From Raja brachyura (lineage: Eukaryota), in assembly GCA_963514005.1 (NCBI GenBank), contig OY740807.1, positions 18,972,001 through 19,036,000 of the forward strand: a stretch of 64,000 nucleotides of DNA. The letters run 5' to 3'. The notes beneath the pieces were generated by a model. It saw nothing but the letters and a program-made list of their open reading frames with translations, had not been told where the DNA came from and did not search any database. Both the position numbers and the translations under genes were made by a program. This document shows positions 12,501 through 24,500 of the stretch, piece after piece. The first letter of the stretch is position 1, and each line of letters begins with the position of its first letter.

Positions 12501-15500
12501 TATGCACAGTATTTTCAACTAATTCAAATGTTCAGAGTTGGAAGGTGGAAAATGTATCCAGTAATCTCACCTACTTGACTTGTATATATGGCACGTGGGG
12601 AAGAACAGTTTTGTGCTGAAGGTGACAGATAAAGATGGAGGGCAGTTTTGAATTATTTTGACTTACAAAATTTGCACCAATTTTGAATTTCACAGCAATA
12701 GGAGACCAAGACGATATTGCAAAACTTGATGCAGATGATGAATGATATACTTTTACAATCATGGAAGAACACACGTATCCTAAACTGGGGCAAATGGAAC
12801 TAGATGAAGGGCAACCTTTAGTAAGGGTCAGGTGAAATAGGAATTGGTGTGAGAGGGGAGGTGAATACCAAATTAAAAGTGTTACATATGAATGTGCGAA
12901 GTATAAGAAATAAAGTGGATGAGCTTGAGGCTCAGTTAGAGTTTGGTAGGCATAATGTTGTGAGAATTACAGAGACATGGCTGCAAGAGGATCGGAGCTC
13001 GGAACTGAATATAAAATTATTAAGGGATTGGACATGCTAGATGCAGGAAACATGTTCCCGATGTTGGGGGAGTCCAGAACCGGGGACACAGTTTAAGAAT
13101 AAGGGATAAGCCATTTAGAACCGAGACGAGGAAACACTTTTTCACCCAGAGAGTTGTGAATTTGTGGAATTCTCTGCCTCAGAAGGCAGTGGAGGCCGAT
13201 TGACTGGATGCATTCAAAAGAGAGTTAGATAGAGCTCTTAGGGCTATGGGGAGAAGGCAGGGACGAGGTACTGATTGTGGATGATCCGCCATGATCACAT
13301 TGAATGGTGGTGCTGGCTCGAAGGGCCGAATGGCCTACTCCTGCACCTATTTTCTATGTTTCTATGCAATGAGAACCAAGGCCCAAAGTGGCAATCCTTA
13401 GTGAAACAAAGAATCTTGGCAGACAAGAATACCAAGCACAAGGGAGAGAATCGTTCTGCTGGAAGGCTTATTTTTAAAAGGGATATGATAGCCAGCAGTG
13501 TAACTCCATGCATTGAATGGGAATCCCTCGAGAAAGCAGGAAATACAATCATGAGGTCAAAAGATAACTGCTGAGCAACACAAATCACATCTGCGACAGG
13601 ATAACATCAACCAGCTTTTCGATAGTGATGAAAGTTTAACTGGCAAAAAATACCTTTGAGATTCAGACAGTTTAAAGTTGTATTTTAGGACAGCATGGAC
13701 AAATAAAATACTTGTAAAGAATATTCCAAAGTTTTATTATTTTGCATATCAAACCCAAATTAGAAGATGCTTCCAATCATTTGTACCCATATTCAAAGTA
13801 GAATGGATCAAATAATAATTTCAAATTGGATATTTCAGCTCCTGCTGCTGTTTTTTCCCTCTTATAACTGGCAAGTTAATGACTTGGTCAACTTTGCAGG
13901 AAGAATTCCTAAACGGGAATCATAATGTGTTACACTCGCCCAGTTAGATTATATCCACAGAACTCCATATTGGATTTCAATTGAGAACTTTAAGATGATG
14001 ATTCAATGCCCAACTGCAGGTGGGAAGCTGTTACTCAGGTAACATCTGAAGGAGTGTTAAAGAAGGAACTGCAGATGCTGGAAAATCGAGGGTACACAAA
14101 ATGCTGGAGAAACTCAGCGGGTGCAGCAGCATCTATGGAGCGAAGGAGATAGGCAATGTTTCAGGCCAAAACCTTCCTCTGAAGAAGGGTTTTGGCCTGA
14201 AACGTTGCCCATCTACTTCGCTCCATAGATGCTGCTGCACCCACTGAGTTTTTCCAGCATTTTGTAACATCTGAAGGAGGTTCTGTGCATCTGGACCACT
14301 ATTATTCTCAGGCAACATTGCCATTAATCAGCTAATTCTCTTTCATCGTTTGTGGAATCAGCTCCAAACAAAATAACACAAATTCACCAGGACGACATCC
14401 TACTGAGTATTTCACACAACTGAAGCATCCTAAGCACAGTCATATGGCATTAGTTAATGCCAATATTTTAAGCATTTTGATATTTTGCTTTTTGTGCAAA
14501 AAAAAACTATTTTTGTTTTGTTAATGGGAATGTTGGCTGTAAAATTATTCCACCATTTTACTGGCCTTTGTCACCTTGGGTGTTAAATTCAAAATTTCTA
14601 CTCATGAAAAGAAAATGTTAATGATCTGATTAAGTTGCTTAAAAAAAAATTAAAGCTAAACTTCACAAATAAATATATGGATAAATCCTCTGCACTCTCC
14701 CTGATCCCAATCATTTTCTTTATTCTTAAAATAATACAGATAACTTTCAAATCTATTTTCATATAAATAATACATAAGGCCTTTGATGATCACACGTTAT
14801 CTATTTAATGCTGGAAAGGAGTGTGGGGGTTGGGGGTGGGGGGGGCGGGGAGGAGTACTCAAGTACATCAGGATGATAAACCATGGACATTTTTATTTTG
14901 GTCATTAATCATATAATTGTAATAATGTTTGTTGGAAATACTGGCATCATTAACAATCAAATGCCATCTCCCACACATTCTCATATTTCATGGGATACCA
15001 GAGTAAATGCATTTACTTCTTAAAATACTTCAGAGAACATTCAGAATCAAAACAAGATGATATTATCAGAAAAGGATATTTCTATCTGCAGAATAGATAT
15101 CTCAAGCATAAAAGTGAAGATGCTGGGTAATAAAAGGGAATGCACACCAATTCAGCATATTTACTTTGGCAGAAATTAATAAAAGCTGCATATAAATAGA
15201 CCAAATATAACAGAATCAGCAGGTTCAGACCCCAGCCTGTGTTATCAAGATTTGTCACTAGCCTTAGCAACAATAAATCTACCAGAGAAGAAAGGGGAAA
15301 ATTCAAACAGGATTCCTGCCGCTGACTACATTAAAGATCTGCGTTACTAACATCAAGAGCTCCAACTCAGCCTCCGCCACTAGAGCTCCCTGGAAAATCA
15401 GGAAAAGTTAAGGATAGCACTGAATCAGCTATGATGCCCCACAGTTGAATGCCCTACAAATATTTACTATCATAGCTCACATTTAAAGATGGCCTTCTAA

Positions 15501-18500
15501 GCTAGGTAGCAGAGCTTTTTAATTCTATAAATCAACCTATTGCAATTAAAAGTGTTTCTTCTTAGCTAATCAATATTTGAATACACATCAAATTACTTTG
15601 CAAATTCATCATCTCAATTTCCTTCAAAAAACTGTATAAAACTAGTTTGCAAAGGTGTGGCACGCTGCATGGTCTTTGAGGGGTCTTGACAATAGGTGAT
15701 TGCATTCTAGACTACACACGGGCATGAAAAATACACCCATGAGATCTCCCACACAAAGGATGGAGAAATATCTCAGGGCCACAATGATGAAAAATAACCT
15801 CAATCTAGTTTTCTGCAGGGTCTTGATAGAACTTTGCAAATTTTCATAATTCCCCTAAATTTTATTTATATGCATGAATGCTTTGCTGAAGTGGCCCCAT
15901 CTTCAGGAAGCACTACAGCAATACATGGCAAGGCAAAATAGATGAAACACATTGATATTTGGCTATAGGAGCAAGCTTCACCATTCCATTCTATCATAAT
16001 TAATTATACAATGCAATTTCCTCTCCCTGGTTCCCTTCTATTCATATCCTTTCATAACAATCATCTACTAATTTTAATATTTGGTTCACAAGGCCAGACT
16101 CAACATCACGTTAGAGACAAGTGTTTGCTACATCCCCTCGCCTTTGTTTGAGGGGATGCACCCCACATCATCCCAAACACCTGGACTTCCTCCTCCAGGA
16201 AAATGGTTTCATTATACTCTTACCTGTTTCTTTCTGAAAGGCTGTAACAAAATGACCCACAAAGTGCAAAGCAATCCTCTGGATGCATTTGAGATTCTAC
16301 TAAAATTTACTAGGTAAGTCACATTAGGTTGACATTTGCTCTACATGAGAACATTCTACAGATAGCCAGTACAAATAACTCACTACTAAATAGTAATACA
16401 ATCATCAAGCTAAGTAGAAGATCACAACCAAAGCTCAGAATTATTTGCTGCAAATCACGATTATCAAGGTTCACAAAGTTTAGCTCATAGGTTCAAGGAG
16501 CAGAATTAGGTCATTCGGCCCACCAAGTCTACTTTGCCCGTTGTCGTTCCATACCTGATCAATTCCTTCTGACAGGTTAACATTTCCTGCAGAAAGAGAA
16601 TGCAGGAGAACTGGAATAGATGAGGCTGTCCGAGTGATTGCAGGCATTCTCTAACTGCATGGAGAACATTAATGATATTCTTGGCCTGGGCCTTCCGCAA
16701 AGATAGAACCTGCAAAACACTGCAAAAGTTTTTTTTTAAATGTTAAAGCAAAGTAATAAGAGCAATCGAGGCAAAAACAAATAAAACCACAACTGACACT
16801 TTGGTAAATACACTTGCCACTAATACGCAGTACTTGATGTCTTTTAACTTATATGCAAAATAACTCTCATTAGAAGTATCTGCCAATTTGTTGAAATCGA
16901 ACTTCAAGTTTTTTCGCACAAAGGGTTGAATGTAGTTCAAGAACAGTGTCTTCCAGCAGATATTAAAAATAATGGTGCATATCCTATTTAAGTGTCCGAA
17001 TTCAAAGAATTATATAATATCACGTGGGTCTCCCCCCAGATATCTTTATTGCAGGGATCAGTTCAAGCCCCTTGTGTGAGCCCCTCAAATTGCCCCGTCC
17101 CTTCCCACTTTGGAGCAAACAGCAGAGAGCAGGCATGAATCACTTCATACTGGTCCACTGTGCATTCACATCTATATTGCTCAAAGAAAAACACTTTGAT
17201 TCAAAGTTTAAAGACCCCATAAGGATGAAAAACCCAGTGCTTTTATTCAGTTTTGTGGTCCAGACCAGTCAAGACTAGATAGACACAAAATGCTGGAGTA
17301 AATCAGCAGGACAGGCAGCATCTCTGGATAGAAGGAATGAGTGACATTTTGGGTCGAGACCCTCCTTCAGACTTGAGTCTCGACCATAAACATCACCCAT
17401 TCCTTCTATCCAGCAATGCTGCGTATCTCACCGAGTTACTCCAGCATTATGTGTCTATCTTTGGTGTAAACCAGCATCTGCAGTTCCCTCCTACACACTA
17501 GTCAAGACTAGTATTCAATGCCCACCCCCAAGCGACCTTTGAGAAGGTAGCGACGAACTGCCTTTGTGAACTGCTACGGTCCTCTTGTAAAGATACTGTT
17601 AAGGATAAGAGATAATGAGGGACCAGTGATATAGTTCATACAATAGGATGGTGGGAGTCTTGACGGGGAACCTGTAGGTGATGATGCTTCCATGTATCTA
17701 CTGCTCTTTCTTCCAAGTGATGGACACGGCATACTTGGGGGCTGAGGGGGAGTGCGGTTGTAGCAGCCACTGCAAGTAACAGCAGCATATTTTGTAGATA
17801 GTACACTGTGCAGCCACAGTGTACTGGTGATGGAGGGGCGTACATTTAAAATGGTTAATCAACAAGGCATGATTCTGGGAATATGACAATGCCAACCTAT
17901 TACTTTTCTTAACTGGGGGGGGGGGGGTGTTGGGTAGAATACAAGGTGTTATTCTTCTAATGACCCTCGTTTCCTGTATACTTCCCTCTCTTCTCCTTTC
18001 AATACATCTCTGGCCCTGCCCACGCAAACAAAGACTCACAAACCATGCTACCAGTGTAGGCAGTAATACTGGGGAGGGGGTGGTCATCTGAATGTGCTGC
18101 AATCCATTCGATTTTTGCTGGGTTTCTCTGCGCTCCCCAAAAAAAAGTGACTCGAGGCTCTCCAGATGATTATTCTTCCATTTGGATCAGTCACGAACCA
18201 GGGATTCCTACAATCTGGTGAGGGCAATCCTCCGAATCAAAGCCCTCAGCATCCTGCTCCAACTCACCGTGCTAAGAAGTGGCTTTAATGATCAAATTGA
18301 GTAATTCACAAAGACAGGTATTAATGGCATTTAGCTTATGGCCAAATCAACCTTGCAACTCAGAAGGCTGTGCATCTTTGGAAGTTTCCGTACAAGACAA
18401 CAGTAAAGGCGGTGTAATTAAATGACTGTGACAGATAGTTTTGATCTGCAGGGGAAAATCGAGGTTTATAGGGAACGAGCAAAAAAAAGGTCACGGCCAA

Positions 18501-21500
18501 GATCATGAATGGCAAAGCATGCTCCAGGGGCCCTATGCCAACTTCTGCTCCCATTGCTAAAGCTCTTACATTGAAATCTGCACTGAGCTTTGAAACCAAT
18601 TTCTTGCCTTCAGCATCTAGCTTGCATATAGAAACAGGCTTGGTCATATTCAATCTCCAGGAACAAACTGCTATTTACTAATCCTCTTCCTTCTGTTAGG
18701 TACTACTGCTTCAGATAGGAGACTTGGAATGAGGTCCTACGGCAGTCTGGGTCGGTAAATTAAAATTTGATTGAAAGAAAACCAGTTTCTTTCCATTTCC
18801 CTGCCCTCACCCGCCGCATTGCAAACTTGCACCTCCTCTAAATGCACGTCTTCAGACAATTATTCAAGTAGTTTCCTTTGGTCTGAAGACCAAACCAGCT
18901 TACCTTTCAGATGAAATATTGGTATCCTTCATAAACTCCAAAATGCTCTTCAAAATTGGATATTTGTCTTGGATTGGGACAATTTTAAACTCTTCCATGG
19001 ACTTGAGTGAGAGTAATCTAAGTCGGCCTTTATTAAATGAGCCCTTGGGTTTGGAACTAAAAGGAGAGTGATGGTCAATATAAGGAGATACGGGATTTTC
19101 ACTGGACGTGCTGCTGAATGAAGAAGCTGGGCTTTCAGCAGGATCAAGGTTATCGTTCAATGCTGTGGCGGCAGGGATTGATTGCTGGGCTTTTTCATCC
19201 ACTGTGTTTTGCGACTGTACAATTGGTTCATGTGATGCGGTAGAGTGGACTGCAGAAATAAGCTCTGCCGGCAGATTGGCCGACTTAAGCAAACCATCGT
19301 CTTGCTCAGGCAAAGTATCCATTCTCTTCTCTTCAGATGAAGAATCAACATTTTTTGATGGAAATGGTGTAAAGTTTAATAGCAAAAGGCTCTTCCCAAT
19401 CCAGTTTTCGTCTAGAAAATATCAAAAAGTTACTTCGACAAAGTTACAAATTGTAAGTAAATATAATATTCATTCTATTAATATGATTGGTATAAATGCT
19501 TTAATAGCTGCCTTTGCAGCCACATCAGATAACTATTCTAAAATGCCACTCTTGTGCATTAATAGGTTCCTTATTATTTAGACCACCTTTAAGTAGCCGG
19601 GCATCATTTACAAGAGAACACTAAATGATTAAGCAAAAGGCAGAAATCAAAATTCTACTTAAAATAAAACTACTCGAAAAATAACTTGAAATTTGAAATG
19701 AAAATCAAATAAAAATAAAAATCAAATACACTCGGTACACTCAGCAGGCCTGGTACACTCCAGAGCATCTCTGGAGACAGAAACAGTTAAAATATTTCAG
19801 GTTAAAGACTGTTCATCAGAACTGGGACAGAGGGAAAAAAGTCAGTTTTAATTTGCAGAATGGAAAATAAACAGGGGTGCTGAGCAGAATTAGGTTAAAA
19901 CCTTAGTTCACGTTCAACTGGAGTACAGAAACAACGATGGACATTTGCATTTGTTATCTGATTTATTCACTGACTCTCAAGGCTGCTTTAAAATCAAATA
20001 GAGACTATTATACAAGAGATGATTAAAAGTGAAATGTTCATTTTCTCCAAGAAAATGGTGCAAATTTATGGAGTAATCGTCAAAAAAATGGAAAAGTAGA
20101 TTAATGATCAGATATCACTTCTATTTGAAATCTGACCACTACCTATGAATCAGTAGACTGATGAACTGCAAGCTAGCAGCACTTATTAACAACCCCATGG
20201 TCACTTTCTCAGGAATTCTGGCAGGAATCCAGCACGAAGATCAAGAGTGTTTTATTGTCATATGTCCCAGATCAAACAATGAAATTCTTACTTGCAGCAG
20301 CACAACAGAATGTGTAAACATAGTACACTGTAAACAACATAATAAACGAGAGAGAGAGAAAAAAAGAAAAAAAAGTATATTGTAGTTAAGAGCTTTGAGG
20401 TTGGAGTGTTTAATAGCCTGATGGCTGTAGGGAAATAGTTGTTCCTGAACCTGGGCGTTACACTTTTCAGGCTCCCATACCTTCTTCCCGATGGCAGGGG
20501 TGAAATGAGTGTGTGGCCAGAATGGTGTGGATCTCTGATGATGGTGGCTGCCTTTGAAGCAGCGACTTGTAGGAGGTGATGGCATTCAAGCCCTGCCACA
20601 GTTGCCGAACATCCGCCAATACCCGGGGGCTTTACAAGGTGGTAGATGGGGTAGGCATAAATAGCTGTTTTCATTTCTAGCCCTATTGGTGCTTACCATA
20701 TTTTAGAAACTAGCACATCCAATTAAAGGAGGTATATACCAACCTCCAATCCAGTGCATGTGAACCTCATTTAAAGGTAGAGAACCACAAGTTAGGGAAA
20801 TAGCTGGTGCTCAACCCCTGCCTCCGACACAATTAAAAAAAACTCCTTACAATGAGCACAACATGGATGAAAGATCTCAACAAATAGGAATAAGGAGCTT
20901 TAACTGTAGGCAAGGAATTAAGCCTACAATACTTATTATCGGATTTGTTTATTCAGGCGTTTTCATTGCAATACGGTATGAAATCATGTGATTGCAACAG
21001 AGTCCATCTATGCCAATGTCTATAGGAGTGGGAATATTGGCTAAATCTTACTCACTGATATTTTCTGGGCTCATCTTGTCATCGTCTTGCGCTTCTTCTT
21101 TATCACTGATCATCATCACATATTTCTGTTTACGTTCCATCTTATTAAGGGGAAGGATGGGGTTGAAGGAAAGAAAATTGAGTCCACTTGGTATCATTCA
21201 AACACAGAATCCTGAACATCAAGAGTGCAATGGAAATATCTGTGTAGTTACCCTATATTATATTAATTATCAATCTTTACAACTATCAATCTTTACAACC
21301 ATAATGATACTTGCTCTAATTTTTAAATCTTAATTACCCTATTCCATTTTTCAAAGTAACAAATGTACAAACTAGAAACAGGGCCATCAAGTGGCACCTA
21401 TTATGCAACAAACTGCGAGCCAATACTCAGCTCCAAGCTTAGTCACAACCCTGGCATGGACACAAGAACCAAATTGAGTTGAGCATAACTGCTCATAGTA

Positions 21501-24500
21501 CCAAGGCAACATCAGCCTAGATAAATCTTGGAAGCATTAATAAATGAGTTCCCCGTTGGTCAGGGCTGAAGCACTCTCAAACTGCAGGAGGTGTTCAAGG
21601 GTACACAGAAAATGGTAGGTGCTGCAATCTTGAGCAAACAACAAAAGTGCTGGAGAAACTCAGCAGGCCAGATAGCATCAGCAGCAGGAATGGACAGATG
21701 ATGTTATAGGTCGGGACCTTTTTTCAGACTGGCGCAAGTAAGTGAAGAAGTGCTGGTTGTGTGGATCTGGTGCAAAATGAAGTGGAGTTGAGATTCATGG
21801 CACATCTAGGAGGCCTGGAGTGGAAGAGTAAATCCATAGGGTATCCGCACCTGGTGGAGAGTATAGTGCACGGAGGGGAGACCTGTTGCAAAAAGAAGCT
21901 AAGGAGAAATAATATGGTAGATATAAGATAAGGAGCCAGTCATTTAAATCTGATAGGTAGAATTTTTTTTTCTCTGAGAGGTAGCAGATCTCTGAAATTC
22001 TCAGCCTCTGAGAATGGTAGCGGTCAGATCATTAGATATATTTAAAAGGGTGATAAATATGTGGAAGATCAAGAAGTTGACAGTCACGAGGAACTAGCAC
22101 AGAAGAGGAGTTGAGGCCAGTATAGGTCAGCCACGATCATATTGATTGCTGAATGGCCTATTCCTGCCTCTATTTTCCCTGTTCCCCTTTGGTTAGCATA
22201 CCTGCCCCTCCTCCACCAACCAGGCTATCTCATAAACTCATCACAGAATGCATTAGTGACCATTACACATTTATGAATCCTAGTTTGGAAATTCCCACAG
22301 GACGCATTTTATGTGAACTTATTTTTACAATTGTAAAGCATCACTCGTCACTTTATTTCCAGCAAAGGGGTTACCACCCTGCTTTGCCTTTCCTTGTGTT
22401 TATAATTCCGTAGTTCTGACATCAATATGAAAATTATGATTTATATGCATGAATGTAATGATGAGTTTAATCTGAACCTTTGCGAAATGAATCCTGTGCT
22501 TGGTTTCCATATGCAGAGCCTCTTAACCCGCTTTACTATTTACTGCTATCTGTGAATTTGTATCCTAATCTTTGCCTCATTCAGGCTTATTTTCCAAGCA
22601 ACTTGAGGCCCCATTTATCCTACCACAGTACCATTTTATATGTTGTGACAGTCTTGCTAATCACGATACACAAATTGGTCAAAAACTTCCAGCCTTCTAC
22701 GAATGCGAGTACATATAAATTCTGCTCTCTATTTTCTGCTTTTTTTGCCACTTACTGTTCAGTCAGATAGTAGCCCTGACTCCACACACTGAATTTAGAC
22801 CCCATGAGATTCAAATGCATCTCATCAAATTAGATCCAAAGTTCGGTTGCTTTCATGATTAGATGCCTGTGACTGATGTACCACAAGGATCAGTGCTAGA
22901 ACGCTTGCTGTTTGCCATGTACATTATTGAGTCCAATATCTATTGCATTGGATTATTACTGTTGTACCGAGATAGTGAAAACATTGGCATGCTATCCAGT
23001 CAAATTATACTATACACGAGTATATTCATTAGTTACACAAGTACAATAGGCCATGAAAAAGAAAAATAGCAGAGTGCAGTAAAACAGTTCAAGATCTGCA
23101 ATGAGGTAGGTTAGGACATCAGCAATGGAATAGAATGTAACAATCAAAAAGTATTTGGATGAGGACTTGAATCACAAGGCATAGGAAGGGTATTCATAAA
23201 TGGGATTAGTATTGATGGTCGGCATTGACATGGGGGCCAAAGGGCCTGTTTCTGTGCTGTATTACAGTGGCTGTATTACAGAGTATAGGGATTGGCTCTT
23301 CATGAGGCTTTTGAAAATCTATTACATCTATTACCTCTACATCTTTTGCTTACTCTTCGTTAATGCTTCAAAGTAATGTCATGATTCCCAAAAAAATAAA
23401 TGTAATTTGAAGAAAGTGTTGCTCTTTATTAAACTTACTATCCAAGTTTTCATTTCTTCAGCCAATGCATACACTTCTGCAATTTCATCATGGAATCCTG
23501 TGGTACCTCCGCTTGCAACTATAGAAATGGAGAAACAGAATGAATGAGTGAAAGCAATCTATTATAGCAGATTGCTCTGCATTGTTGTGTTCTACCCGTC
23601 AGAATCAGCCAACATTCATCCGTCAGGAATAAAGTTGAACTTCAGCATCTGAGCATCTACACCCGATTGTGGCAAAATTGCAATATCACCCACAGCTGTT
23701 CACAATAGTTGTAACTGAACTGCATACAACATATTTTCTGATGTTTACAAGCTGTAAAATATTAAATCATCTGTGCTGAAAATGTAACGTGCCAGCTCAT
23801 GCAAGCAACAGGTATTAAAAGCCTTCCAAATAGACATGTGAAAATCTCAAACCAGATCAATTGCTTGCAATTATCTTATCTTATTATCTACAATAAAACA
23901 TTAGTAATTGCTTGCAACAGATTCATACCAATTTTGAAGGGCTTGGTTTAAGATTACAACTGGGACATGAAAATGGCACTAAACTGGTGACTATATACCA
24001 TCTCAGTGTACTACTGCTATATACTAGTACTGTATCTGACATACTTATCTAATATGTATCTAAGTGCTTATGTATAGTGATACTTGTACAAAAATGAGTC
24101 TCACTGTACCTCGGTGAATATGTGAAATAAAGTACCATAACATATCAAGATTGGAGGTTTTGTTTCTGGTAAATACCTAACTTTACACAGGCCACACTGT
24201 GTTCTAAAGCAGAACATTTTCTCAACTGTTTTACATGTGATTTACATACATAGCCCAGAGAAGGGAGGAAGGAGGGTGGGGTGCAAGCGAGAGGGAAATA
24301 TAGTGGAGGGAAAGAAAACTGTGGCTGACAGGCTCAGGGATAGAACTAGCTCTGTTTTTAAATTGCTTTCTGACCTGGCCTCAGAAGCTAAATGTAAATT
24401 GATCAAGTTTGCTGATGAATTAGGCAAGTATAGTGGATTGAGTGGATTCCACTTTAACCATATTATGTTTTTCACACTTTGAAACAAATAGGTACTGAAA

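Noticed and set aside
19108-19581. 157-aa plus-strand ORF (also 8..283 and 27623..28201)
   Set aside because: Antisense shadows of ZZEF1 exons
21141-21143. AAG acceptors at four exons (57508, 38313, 27809, 21140)
   Set aside because: Four of 36 is not convincingly above the normal minor frequency
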